From assembly GCA_028693815.1 (NCBI GenBank), contig JAQUUP010000002.1, forward strand, positions 74,807-138,806: a stretch of 64,000 bases of DNA. Direction: 5' to 3'. Shown here in pieces: positions 1 to 9,811 of this stretch (positions are counted from its first letter, which is position 1; each line of letters begins with the position of its first letter). The position numbers and the translations under genes were made by a program. The notes under the pieces were generated by a model. The model searched no databases and had not been told where the DNA came from. It was given only the letters and a program-made list of their open reading frames with translations. This DNA is from Candidatus Omnitrophota bacterium. GTDB lineage: Bacteria > Omnitrophota > Gorgyraeia > Zapsychrales > Aceulaceae.

Positions 1-5
1 CGTTT

Positions 6-36
6 AAGCCAGCTTTATTTAAAGCTGGCTTTTTAT
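6..36 (+). terminator. Hairpin aagccagcttt-attt-aaagctggctt followed by TTTTAT. Likely an intrinsic terminator of the upstream gene that lies off-window.
   Basis: Perfect 11-bp inverted repeat plus T-run, read directly. Confidence 0.5.
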
Positions 37-113
37 CGTCACCTTGTTTTTCCAAGCCCAGATGTTATACTTTCAAGAGTACACTCAAGTAAACATATAT
101 ATACTAATACTTT

Positions 114-3100
114 ATGTTCCAGATAAAAAAGAAATATAAATCACGTCTTTTTTTTAGGGCCATTTGTCTATTTGTCCTTATAGCCTTTGGGGAAAATACT
201 GTGTTCGCGCCGTATATTCCTAAAGCTAGAGCACAGAGCGTTCTGGCGCTTCCTACGGCTGGCACCATGGTGTCTTTGAGCCCAGCATTTACGCCGACCA
301 TTCTTCGTGGAATAAGAGTTTATCCTGATAATCCCCTAAAATTTGATTTCATTGTTGACGCGGGAGATGAAATAATTGAAAACGAGGAAGCTTCGACTCG
401 CCTTGCTGGGCCGCAAGGCTCACGGAGTAAATTCGCGCAGGCTGACTTGACGAAAGCTGAAGGCTTTCGTAAGTCAGGCGCTCATTTAAAAGCCGAATCA
501 GAGAAGTTAATCAAATACTTTTTAGCTGCTCTAACGATTCCTGAAGACAATCTCTGGGTTAACTTGTCTCCTCATGAACAAGATCGAATCATTCCTGATA
601 GTCTTGGTTCTACAGATATGGGCACAGACATGCTCGCTCAAGACTATATCTTAAAGCAAATCACAGCATCTCTGATATACCCAGAAGATGAACTTGGCAA
701 ACAGTTCTGGCAAGAAATCTATAAGAAAGCCTATGAAGAATATGGAACCACCAATATCCCAGTGGATACCTTTAATAAAGTTTGGATTATGCCTCAAAAG
801 GCAGAAGTGTATGTGAAAGAAGATAGGGCTTTTGTGGTGGAATCAAGGTTGAAGGTTATGCTGGAGGAAGACTACGTTGCATTAACACGCGCAAGTGAAA
901 CGTTAAGCGTGAAACGTGAAACGCAAGACTCTTCACAAGATACGCTTCACTCTTCACAGAATAAATTAGCTTCTGATGTTGTCCGTGAAATTATCATCCC
1001 AGCCCTCGAAAAAGAAGTTAACACAGGAAAAAACTTTGCTCAACTTTGTCAAATTTACAATTCTCTCATCCTAGCCTATTGGTTTAAGAACAATCTAAAA
1101 GAGTCGATTGTAAACAAAGTCTATTCTGACCAAAGCAAGATTAAGGGAGTGGACACCAAAGATGTCTCACAAGATATTTATGATCAGTATGTTGATTCTT
1201 TTAAAAAAGGCGTCTGTGACTTTATCAAGGTGGAATATGACGAATATGATCATAAGAATATTCCACGAAAATATTTTTCTGGGGGAGAAACATTCAGTAA
1301 GTTCTACATGAAAGAAGCTGTTAAGTTTACCGATGGCGATACCCCCGACGGAAAAAGAGCTGGGAGTGCGATCGGAACAGCTATTAAGAAATCAGCTTTA
1401 GTTGCTCTAGTCACATTTCAGATGCTTGGTCTTAGGCAAGATTCGAGTAGATTTGTCCTAATGACTCCGGAGCACAAATGGATGAAAGAACATTTACCTG
1501 TCCCGCTTTATAATTATTCAACTTTAAAAGATTTTATCCCAGGAAAACAATGGTTTGAATGGGTTAAAGAATATCCATCTGTAGCTCTTGATTATTACCC
1601 GGAATTAAAGGATTTTGCTTTCAAAAGACAATGGGTTAAATGGATGAAAGAATACCCGTATATAGCTCTTGATAATTATCAAGAATTAAAGGATTTTGTT
1701 TCAGAAAAACAATGGATTGAGTGGGCAAAAGAATATCCATACGCAGCTCTTGATAATCATAGAGACCTTCAAGAGCTTGATTCTTCTGATAAGTTTTTTG
1801 ATGGTTTAGCCGAACAGAACCCTATTGAGGCTTTTCAAACAAGATATAAGGCGTATGTAAATTTAACAGAAAAAGAGCTGCAGGATGAATGTAGAAAAGC
1901 TGTAGCTAGAGATTTTTTAGATTTCTTTAAGCTTCCTAATAATGAAAACAATCTTGAGCGTGCAGTAAATCTTGTTATTCATTTAGAAGATCATGTTGCT
2001 GATACAATTGTTTTTGGTCGAGGCATAAAAGTTATTAATTTAGCAAATATTGAATCTCAATTTAGCTTGGAAGAAATGGAAGCTTTTGAGATTAGCGCCA
2101 ATGTTGATTCGTCAGATATAAAATCATTTAAAGGCGGAACAGAAGAAATTATTAATCGTCTGATAGAGCGAATAGAAAAGACTCCGATTGGAGCGCTTAG
2201 AATCTTTTATAGAGGACATGCAAACAAAAAAAATTTGGGGCCAGGTAATTTTACGTATCTTCAATATAAAAGACTTGGTGATGCTCTCATAGCTCGTGGA
2301 GACGTAGAGCATGTTATGTTTTTAAATTTTAGTTGTTTTTCTTTTAATTTTATTGAAAATCTCGCAAGTTATTTACGTTCTCAAGGAGTAGCTTCTCAGG
2401 CAATGTTTTCAGATGCTGATGAAAACAGAAAAAGTTTTGGCCGTGAATCTGACTTTTTTCAATCGCTTGTACGTCACCATAAGCCCGGAACGCCTGTAAG
2501 AATGCGTGTTTTCTGGGAAGCTCGAGAGTTAAATGTTCTTAAAAAACAAAAACCAGCAATTTTCTATTCTTTTGATACAAAATATCTTAAAGAAGTAATT
2601 CCTTTGTATTTTCCAAAAGTTGATGTTGAAAAGCTTGATTTCCCATATACGAAACCAATAGGAGACCTGCTTAAAAAACCGAATATTCAAAATTCTAATA
2701 ATTTTAGGATATTAGATCAAAGCTATTATGCAATTCTCAATGGCGCAATTGCGCCTATAAAATTACACTTTAACGGCTTTGGAATGGAGAATACTTATTA
2801 TGCAACAAATTTTGATGATCCAAGAGCTTATAAAACTAAGAGTCAAGAACAAATTGATGAAGAGCAAGATTTTGCTCAAGTGCAGATAGAAAAGCGAAAA
2901 CAGAAAAGCGAGAAATATGCAAGTCAGAGAAATCAATCGATTTTTAAAAACCAAATTTCTTCATCAGCGCTGGAAACACAAACCAAGGCAGCAAGCTCAA
3001 CAATAATACCTCAGGATAGAAAATCTCAGCAAAAAAATAATTTTCCAAAACCTATTTTTGGGGCTGTGCAGAAATTAGAGGATGATAAGTGGGTCGAATG

Positions 3101-6100
3101 GATTCCTTCACCTTCTCAAATTTCTGCTGAAAATACATTTTTTGTCGAGGGGTTGTCTTTTGAGCAAGTAAAAGAAAGAATTCAAGAACTTTATAAATCG
3201 GATATTTCTAAACCGATTCTTATTGAAGGAGCTAAGGAAGGTTTGGCTTTAGGAGGAAAATTAAAAAGTTTTATTGTTAATCTTGGTGGGGTTAAGCCTT
3301 TGAGGCGCAATGTTGCCCATGGTTTTGGTGAGAATGTGCGGGATCTTGATATTATGCTTGTTCCAGGTGGAAATGGGAATCCTAAAAAGATCGTTTTGAT
3401 CGGAAGAGATGAAAAAGGTGAAATGGTAGGGCTTCCGAGAATTTTTGATCAAGAAGCCAAGCGAACTTTAAGTTTAGTTGAATCTGTATACGACTCTTTT
3501 GAGCAGGGAGATTTCTTTGTTCATACTGGATTATTTTATTCGATGATGTCTGGAAAGATTTCTCCGGGTACTCCAATGCCAGAAAAGAAAGAGGATGGAA
3601 AATATAAGACTTTAAAAAAAGATACTTTTCATTCATTTGGATCTGGGCTTGATGGGTTGGGTATTAAAATTAAAAAGAGTCAAGGAGGGGCAGTTGAATC
3701 TGTTGATTTTATTGAAGAAACAAAAAAAATGTATGGTCAAACAGCTAAGCTTGATTTTGAGAGCTTAAGAATTCTTAGCTTAAGGGATCAGAAAATATCG
3801 GAAATAGAAAAGATTATTACTGGAGTCGATAACGGAACTTTTATTATTGAAGCTGACTTGGTGATGGGATCACGGGGAAGGCCTTCCGAAAATCTTTTGA
3901 AAATGATAAAAAAAGCAGAAAAAGGCAGTGGGAATTTTAATAATGATCGTTTTGGGTTATCAGATCTTGCAGTCTTTTTAGATCTTAAAATTATTAAAGA
4001 AAAAGGAAAACAAGCAAGATATTTCTTTATTGGATATGATGCGAAAGGAAAAGAGATCACGAATTATGAGCTAGATCTTGAGGCCGGAGAGCTTAAAAGG
4101 CCTAAGAGAGATCTTAAAAAGGAGATTGATCAGAAAATTATTGATATTATTGTTAATGCTAAACCAGGAACTTATGTTGTTGAGACAGGAAGTCGCTATA
4201 TAGGTGCTAGAGATACGGTTGTTCCTTCTTTGCCAATGGCAATTAAGAATTCGCGCGATTATAAGAAATTAGAGAATGAAAAGTCGCATCATTTTAAGTC
4301 TTTAGTTTCTTTGAGAATTGAGATTGTCATCGGCAAAAAGGGTGTTATTGAATATGCTATTATTGGATACGATTCCAATGGAAAAAAGCTCGGGCGCCAT
4401 ATTTGGGATTGGGAAGATGAGATATTTTCTGGAGGAAAAGTAAATTCTTCTGAGCAGATTGTACGCTTGATCATTCCCCATCTTAAGAAAAATCCTCTCA
4501 CGATTCAGCAAGTTAAGGAAATTTCGACAACAAGGATAGAAAGAAGAATGCTTTATGACAAAGAAACGCAGATGTGGACTTTATACAGAAATGATCCCAG
4601 AGGATATGGGAGGGCAGTAAGAGGCCTTGTTAAAGAAGAAATAGAATTTAAACAGAAGCTTTCTAAGAAAATTCTTTCCAAGCTTCCATCTAATTCGTTT
4701 ACGTATAGTCAAGAGCGTATTGAGCAAGTTGTTGAAACATTACTTTTGCTTAATGGTGGTTCTTTAAGATTCCTAGTTGAAAAAGGAGTTTTGACAGAGC
4801 AAAATGTTCAAGGAATAGAGTCTTTGAGTATGAACAAAATTGGTTTTTCAAAAGAACATGGAATTCATGTTGGCCTTCAGAAATTATTAGAAGGATACAA
4901 CACTAATCTAAACAAAAAATTTGTTAAGGATGTTGGAGGCAAGAAAAAAATCATAGATCGGCTTATTGAAACGCACCTTTTCCCCGCAGACTATGTTTTA
5001 GAGCTTCACAAACGTTTTGGCAGGCTCGTCACACCGAAGGTGTTTTATGAGTCGTTTTTAAAATCAGAACCTGAGAAATGGCTTGAAGAGCAGTCCCGAT
5101 TAGAGGAAGAAAAAAGGGTAAGGCAAAAAGAGGAGCAAAGGAAGTTAAAGGAAGCAGAAAGAGCAAGGAAGGCAGAGGAAGCAGAGGAGCAAAAGAAGCT
5201 AAGGGAAGCAGAAAGAGCAAGGAAGGCAGAGGAAGCAGAGGAGCAAAAGAAGCTAAGGGAAGCAGAAAGAGCAAGGAAGGCAGAGGAGCAAAGGAAACTT
5301 AAGGAAGGAGCGAGGGCAAAGAGGGTAAACCGTGCGCAGAGAGTTTTTAGAAAAATAATAATAAAGATTTTGCAGAAATTAGAAAAAGAAGTATCCGGGA
5401 AGCCTCGCTATGAATTTAAAGAGTTATGGCAGCTTTTTGATTTTGTTCAAAGCATAGAAGAGAATCTTGAGCTTTCAGGTAATGAAGATACTCGAAACAT
5501 ATTTTTAAATAAAGCTCTTGGATATATTCCAAGTGAGAAAGATGACAGAATTGAACCACATAATTTTTATAATTCAGATTATTTTGCAGAAGAACCATTT
5601 ATGAGATCGATCGTAGAATATGCCATTAATGAATCTCCTTTTTTAATTGTTGATCAGGTTGATAGTGATCAAATGGATGTTTTGACCCAAGAAGTTGTTC
5701 AGCAGTATACAGGTTTCAGCAAGAGAGCCTTGGTTGTTTTGCCTGATGGAGAAGGCGCGATATTAAATGGTAATTCTGGTGTCTTAAAAGTTCGCAAAAG
5801 TCAAATGTATGAAGATATTGAGAGTTATTTGTCGAGAGCAGATATTGGCAACAATGGCAAAGGTTTTGATTTGATTATCATTCCTGAGGCAGAAAATATG
5901 AGCTTAGAGGAAGTATTATTTTTATCTCAGTTTTTTAAGAAAAATGGAAATGGCAATGGTAACGGTATAAGAAAAATTATTTTTATGACTAAGGACATAG
6001 CGGCTGAGAATGCAAGCGGTGAAAAAAGCGGGGTAGAATTTTTTAGGGAATATGGTATTTCTGGCAATATTGTAAAAAGAAGTTCTTCTTCTTTATCCAA

Positions 6101-6395
6101 GGAGGTAAAACAGCAAATTGGTATTCTTTTGCTTGAGTATGCAAGTACATGGCGCGGTACAGCAATTGTTGGAAAAACAGGATTTCTTTCTTTTCTAAAA
6201 GAGAAATGGGGTTGTGATTACGATCAGTTTTCAGAAATATTGGGCATTACTAAAAAACAGGCGAAGTCTTTTATTGAAAAAAAGGGTTCAGTTGGGATGA
6301 GTCCTAAAAATAGATATATTTTCTTAGAACGGTTTGGTTTTGTGGAAGATTTCGAAGATTATTTGTTAACCTCGCAAAGCCCAAAAAAGAAATAA
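114..6395 (+). CDS. Giant hypothetical protein, 2093 aa. It has an N-terminal signal/TM segment, three 27-aa tandem repeats (KQWxEWxKEYPxxALD), a charged coiled-coil repeat (EAERARKAEEAEEQKKLR x3), an NGNGNGNG tract and internal duplicated modules. No recognisable catalytic domain.
   Basis: Single uninterrupted ORF from the six-frame track. Hydrophobic N-terminus LFFRAICLFVLIAFG; repeats visible in the translation and the DNA. Confidence 0.7.
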   Translation: MFQIKKKYKSRLFFRAICLFVLIAFGENTVFAPYIPKARAQSVLALPTAGTMVSLSPAFTPTILRGIRVYPDNPLKFDFIVDAGDEIIENEEASTRLAGPQGSRSKFAQADLTKAEGFRKSGAHLKAESEKLIKYFLAALTIPEDNLWVNLSPHEQDRIIPDSLGSTDMGTDMLAQDYILKQITASLIYPEDELGKQFWQEIYKKAYEEYGTTNIPVDTFNKVWIMPQKAEVYVKEDRAFVVESRLKVMLEEDYVALTRASETLSVKRETQDSSQDTLHSSQNKLASDVVREIIIPALEKEVNTGKNFAQLCQIYNSLILAYWFKNNLKESIVNKVYSDQSKIKGVDTKDVSQDIYDQYVDSFKKGVCDFIKVEYDEYDHKNIPRKYFSGGETFSKFYMKEAVKFTDGDTPDGKRAGSAIGTAIKKSALVALVTFQMLGLRQDSSRFVLMTPEHKWMKEHLPVPLYNYSTLKDFIPGKQWFEWVKEYPSVALDYYPELKDFAFKRQWVKWMKEYPYIALDNYQELKDFVSEKQWIEWAKEYPYAALDNHRDLQELDSSDKFFDGLAEQNPIEAFQTRYKAYVNLTEKELQDECRKAVARDFLDFFKLPNNENNLERAVNLVIHLEDHVADTIVFGRGIKVINLANIESQFSLEEMEAFEISANVDSSDIKSFKGGTEEIINRLIERIEKTPIGALRIFYRGHANKKNLGPGNFTYLQYKRLGDALIARGDVEHVMFLNFSCFSFNFIENLASYLRSQGVASQAMFSDADENRKSFGRESDFFQSLVRHHKPGTPVRMRVFWEARELNVLKKQKPAIFYSFDTKYLKEVIPLYFPKVDVEKLDFPYTKPIGDLLKKPNIQNSNNFRILDQSYYAILNGAIAPIKLHFNGFGMENTYYATNFDDPRAYKTKSQEQIDEEQDFAQVQIEKRKQKSEKYASQRNQSIFKNQISSSALETQTKAASSTIIPQDRKSQQKNNFPKPIFGAVQKLEDDKWVEWIPSPSQISAENTFFVEGLSFEQVKERIQELYKSDISKPILIEGAKEGLALGGKLKSFIVNLGGVKPLRRNVAHGFGENVRDLDIMLVPGGNGNPKKIVLIGRDEKGEMVGLPRIFDQEAKRTLSLVESVYDSFEQGDFFVHTGLFYSMMSGKISPGTPMPEKKEDGKYKTLKKDTFHSFGSGLDGLGIKIKKSQGGAVESVDFIEETKKMYGQTAKLDFESLRILSLRDQKISEIEKIITGVDNGTFIIEADLVMGSRGRPSENLLKMIKKAEKGSGNFNNDRFGLSDLAVFLDLKIIKEKGKQARYFFIGYDAKGKEITNYELDLEAGELKRPKRDLKKEIDQKIIDIIVNAKPGTYVVETGSRYIGARDTVVPSLPMAIKNSRDYKKLENEKSHHFKSLVSLRIEIVIGKKGVIEYAIIGYDSNGKKLGRHIWDWEDEIFSGGKVNSSEQIVRLIIPHLKKNPLTIQQVKEISTTRIERRMLYDKETQMWTLYRNDPRGYGRAVRGLVKEEIEFKQKLSKKILSKLPSNSFTYSQERIEQVVETLLLLNGGSLRFLVEKGVLTEQNVQGIESLSMNKIGFSKEHGIHVGLQKLLEGYNTNLNKKFVKDVGGKKKIIDRLIETHLFPADYVLELHKRFGRLVTPKVFYESFLKSEPEKWLEEQSRLEEEKRVRQKEEQRKLKEAERARKAEEAEEQKKLREAERARKAEEAEEQKKLREAERARKAEEQRKLKEGARAKRVNRAQRVFRKIIIKILQKLEKEVSGKPRYEFKELWQLFDFVQSIEENLELSGNEDTRNIFLNKALGYIPSEKDDRIEPHNFYNSDYFAEEPFMRSIVEYAINESPFLIVDQVDSDQMDVLTQEVVQQYTGFSKRALVVLPDGEGAILNGNSGVLKVRKSQMYEDIESYLSRADIGNNGKGFDLIIIPEAENMSLEEVLFLSQFFKKNGNGNGNGIRKIIFMTKDIAAENASGEKSGVEFFREYGISGNIVKRSSSSLSKEVKQQIGILLLEYASTWRGTAIVGKTGFLSFLKEKWGCDYDQFSEILGITKKQAKSFIEKKGSVGMSPKNRYIFLERFGFVEDFEDYLLTSQSPKKK
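1524..1766 (+). repeat. Intragenic tandem repeat, 3 x 81 nt, encoding LKDFxxxKQWxEWxKEYPxxALDxYxE.
   Basis: Three consecutive in-frame 27-aa units inside the giant ORF. Confidence 0.8.
5151..5290 (+). repeat. Intragenic tandem repeat, 54-nt unit x about 2.6 (gaagcagaaagagcaaggaaggcagaggaagcagaggagcaaaagaagctaagg), encoding a charged coiled-coil.
   Basis: Two exact adjacent 54-nt copies plus one partial. The antisense ORF 5029..5274 is an artefact of this repeat. Confidence 0.85.
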
Positions 6396-6400
6396 AGCCT

Positions 6401-7909
6401 TTGAGCGAGGATGCCTTTAATCTCTCGATTGTGGAAAAAATAGAAATGCCAAAAGTTCTGTATAGTCAGACGGAGGATTATCCGGGAAAAGAAGACTTTT
6501 TTATGATTAACCAATCTGGACCCGATACGTATCTGCCGATCAGAGAAAGCCTCCTTTTGATTAGTCCTCAGCAAGAGACGAGTTCGTCGATATTCTTGAC
6601 AGAAAAAAAGATCAATGCGCTTAGAAAGATTTTATCTAAAGAGGATTACGGCCGCTATGGAAGAATGAAATATTTCGAAGAGAGAATTTTGCCTGATTTA
6701 GAAGATATTTTTTCTGAGGTTTCTTTGTCAAAACCTGTTTTTATGGCTATTGAAAAAAAATTAACTGAACTTGCGAGAAATAATTTTTATCGGTTTGATT
6801 GGTTGATTTATGAATTACGAGAAGAAAGAAACAGATTAAAGAATATTTCTGAAAGCGAAGTTCAAAGTTTAATGGAATTGATTTTGAGCCGGACGCCTGA
6901 TCCTTCTAGCGAAAAAGATTGTTATGGTCCGAAGTATTACGGGGAAGGCCCGAATGATGATTTATATATTTGGTATAGCGGCTCAACTCAAGAGGCTGTT
7001 GATCAACTCAAGAATCTTGAATATTCTTGGAATGGAAAAAGCGTTTTAGAGATTGCGCCTGGACAAGATGGAGAATTTATTAATTGGGTTAAAAGTCAAG
7101 GTGCTGATGCTATGGCATCTGATAAAAGTTTTCGCGGAACACGCTGGGCGCGTCAAAAATATGGTGTTGAGTCAAAAAGAGCGGATATTCTCAATCTTTC
7201 ATTGTTAGGTGATAAAAAGTTTGATGTTATTTTTGCCGCTTCTGTTTTAAATTACGTCCTTGGAGATAATTATTTAGAAAAAGGATCAAAAGAAAAAGCA
7301 GATCAACTTATTAAAAGTTTACGGAGCGTGCTTGCCTCTGGCGGACTTTTATGTTTTGCATTTTCTGATAGAGAAGAAATGGATCAAAGGCGCTATGACA
7401 ATCGTATGCCTAAGCATATTGTTGAGAGTTTTACGCAGGCAGGTTTTGAAATCATTTCGGAGTATAAAGGTGGAGAAGTTATTATTTTGAAGGATATTGG
7501 CTCTGTTGCCGATTCTATGCAGAGTGAAAAGATTTTTTCGCTGACTGCGGATGCTGTGCAGGAAAGGCCTGACGGCCAGTCACAAGCCACAAGTCGTCAG
7601 TTACAAGATACGAATGACGATATGCCAAATGCGAATGACGAACTAAAAGGTGGCATTGATTTTAATGCCCAAAGTTTTGATATTAAAACTCAGGGTGATG
7701 AGATTGATTTTGATGTTCCATTAGAGCTTCAAAATATTGATTTTAATAATATTCAAGGATTTGTGCCGGTGATTATTGATATTGTGCCGATTACAAATAT
7801 ATTTTTTGTTTTAGGATTAAATGAAGAAGATTTTGAGAATGATAAAACCCGTTGGTCTGAGCGCCAGGATATTGATTACGATAAGCCGAAAGAAGAAAGT
7901 TTGATTTAG
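6401..7909 (+). CDS. Class I SAM-dependent methyltransferase-domain protein with an acidic C-terminal tail. Begins with TTG 6 nt after the giant-gene stop; an alternative in-frame ATG lies at 6446.
   Basis: MTase motif I VLEIAPGQDG, post-I acidic residue, motif DVIFAASVLNYV. C-terminus rich in D/E/N. Confidence 0.55.
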   Translation: MSEDAFNLSIVEKIEMPKVLYSQTEDYPGKEDFFMINQSGPDTYLPIRESLLLISPQQETSSSIFLTEKKINALRKILSKEDYGRYGRMKYFEERILPDLEDIFSEVSLSKPVFMAIEKKLTELARNNFYRFDWLIYELREERNRLKNISESEVQSLMELILSRTPDPSSEKDCYGPKYYGEGPNDDLYIWYSGSTQEAVDQLKNLEYSWNGKSVLEIAPGQDGEFINWVKSQGADAMASDKSFRGTRWARQKYGVESKRADILNLSLLGDKKFDVIFAASVLNYVLGDNYLEKGSKEKADQLIKSLRSVLASGGLLCFAFSDREEMDQRRYDNRMPKHIVESFTQAGFEIISEYKGGEVIILKDIGSVADSMQSEKIFSLTADAVQERPDGQSQATSRQLQDTNDDMPNANDELKGGIDFNAQSFDIKTQGDEIDFDVPLELQNIDFNNIQGFVPVIIDIVPITNIFFVLGLNEEDFENDKTRWSERQDIDYDKPKEESLI

Positions 7910-8024
7910 AGCATAAGAAAAAAAGAAGGCGTTTGAAGAAAAAAGGTTTTTTCCCTTGCTTTTACCAACGTATTCATAGTATAAATATAATTAGTTATAA
8001 TACATTTGATTTTGAAAGGGCAAT

Positions 8025-8501
8025 ATGAAGATGACAGATCAAGTATTCGGATATCAGCTACTTTTAGATTTGTATGGGTGTAAAGAAGGGGTTTGCGACG
8101 ATCTTTCTTTGTGCTATCAGTTTTTAGATGATATTGTGGGAGCTTTAGGTATGGAAAAACAAGCTCCACCAAATATATTTCGAAGTGATGCTACCCGTTT
8201 TCCAGATAAGGCTGGCCTTTCAGGTTGGGCGCCTTTGATTGAAAGCTCGATTGTGATTCATACCTTGACTCCTAAGAATTATATTTCTGTTGATGTTTAT
8301 TGTTGTAAATCTTTTAGTCGTCAAACGGCAATAGATATGTGTAATAAGTTCTTTGTTCCAAAAAAGATCGATGAGCAGTATATCGAGAGGGGGCTGGATT
8401 ATTTTAAAACAGATACGAATTATCACACGATTACTGTTGATAAGGAGGGTGAATTTCCAAAAGTTGTTATTGAGCGAAAAGATTTAGAGGTAGGGGTTTA
8501 A
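8025..8501 (+). CDS. S-adenosylmethionine decarboxylase proenzyme-like (pyruvoyl-dependent, SpeH/class 1 type).
   Basis: LDLYGC and the self-cleavage-site-like IESSIVIHTLTP resemble the FYEC...SESHLTIHTWPE of small bacterial AdoMetDCs. Size 158 aa. Confidence 0.5.
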   Translation: MKMTDQVFGYQLLLDLYGCKEGVCDDLSLCYQFLDDIVGALGMEKQAPPNIFRSDATRFPDKAGLSGWAPLIESSIVIHTLTPKNYISVDVYCCKSFSRQTAIDMCNKFFVPKKIDEQYIERGLDYFKTDTNYHTITVDKEGEFPKVVIERKDLEVGV

Positions 8502-8521
8502 AAAATTTTTTATTAATAGTT

Positions 8522-8559
8522 GGGGCTTTGTTCTAAGAACAAAGCCCCGTTTGTTTTTT
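8522..8559 (+). terminator. Rho-independent terminator ggggctttgttc-taa-gaacaaagcccc + gtttgtttttt.
   Basis: 12-bp perfect stem followed by a T-tract. Confidence 0.8.
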
Positions 8560-8680
8560 AAAGCAAGAACATGTTAATGCGATTAAATAATTATAACGAA
8601 ACTTTTTGAATGTGATATTATAATGCATTGTTAAAGCTATTAGATTTTAAAAAGGTTCCAATTAATAAAGAGATAACGCG

Positions 8681-9745
8681 ATGACAGAATTATTTGAAAA
8701 ACAATCACAGACCGCTGGTCTTCCTCCCGGCACACTAATCCACGTTGGAGAAAAGCATCACAAAAAAACAAGAATTACAGTTATTGATTATGATTCTCAT
8801 AATTTAGAAGAAAAACAATTAAACTCTATTGAAGAAAGCTTTGCGTTTCGAGATAAACCCAGCATTACCTGGATCAATATTGATGGGCTTGAAGATTTAT
8901 CTGTTATTGAAAAGATTGATGATCATTTTGGTATTCATCCGCTTGTTTTAGAAGATATTGTCAATACGACTCAGCGACCTAAAGTTGATGATTATGAAGA
9001 TTATCTTTTTATTGTTGCTAAGATGATTTATTTTGATGAGAAAAACAAAGACCTTATTGACGAACAAGTTAGTTTTATTTTAGGCTCAAATTCTGTGATT
9101 TCTTTTCAGGAGAAGCAGGGCGATGTTTTTGATTTTATTCGTGAACGACTGCGTGCTAACAAGGGGCGTGTGCGTAAGCTAGGGTCTGATTATTTGGTAT
9201 ATTTGCTTTTAGATGCGTTGGTCGATCATTATTTTCTTGTTCTTGAGAAGCTTGGCGATAAAATAGAATTACTTGAAGATCGCATTTTAGAAAAACCAGA
9301 TGTTCATACTCCGCAAGAGATACACCAGCTCAAAAGAAAAATTATATTCCTGCGTAAGCAAATTTGGCCTATGCGAGAAGTTTTAAGCAATCTTCAGCGC
9401 AAGGATTCAAAGCTGATTAAGAAAACTAGCTTTGTTTATCTGCGAGATGTTTATGATCATACGATTCAGGTTATTGATACAATCGAGTCTTTTCGCGATA
9501 TGCTTTCTGGCCTTCATGATATTTATCTTTCTACGATTAGCAACAAAATGAATGAAATCATGAAAGTTCTTACTATTTTTGCTGCTATTTTTATTCCGCT
9601 TACTTTTATTGCTGGGATTTATGGAATGAATTTTGAATTTATGCCTGAGCTTAAATGGCCATTTGGCTATGCTTACGCGCTGGGTCTTATGCTTGTTGTG
9701 GCGCTTTCATTGTTGACTTATTTTAAACGAAATAAGTGGATTTAG
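8681..9745 (+). CDS. corA: Magnesium/cobalt transporter CorA.
   Basis: C-terminal two TM helices with the GMNFEFMPEL signature (GMN motif); length 354 aa. Confidence 0.9.
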   Translation: MTELFEKQSQTAGLPPGTLIHVGEKHHKKTRITVIDYDSHNLEEKQLNSIEESFAFRDKPSITWINIDGLEDLSVIEKIDDHFGIHPLVLEDIVNTTQRPKVDDYEDYLFIVAKMIYFDEKNKDLIDEQVSFILGSNSVISFQEKQGDVFDFIRERLRANKGRVRKLGSDYLVYLLLDALVDHYFLVLEKLGDKIELLEDRILEKPDVHTPQEIHQLKRKIIFLRKQIWPMREVLSNLQRKDSKLIKKTSFVYLRDVYDHTIQVIDTIESFRDMLSGLHDIYLSTISNKMNEIMKVLTIFAAIFIPLTFIAGIYGMNFEFMPELKWPFGYAYALGLMLVVALSLLTYFKRNKWI

Positions 9746-9811
9746 ACTGAAATTCCTATCCTTCTAATTTTTTCCTTTTAAAATATTAATATTAGTATAA
9801 AATAGATTTCT

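Noticed and set aside
5029-5274. Minus-strand 81-aa ORF (LLPLASFAPLLPLPS repeats).
   Set aside because: It is the antisense reading of the 54-nt coding tandem repeat inside the giant gene. Other short minus-strand ORFs inside long + strand genes were dismissed likewise.
8560-8680. Possible Mg2+ (M-box) riboswitch upstream of corA.
   Set aside because: The region is AT-rich and unstructured, with no M-box-like conserved helices.
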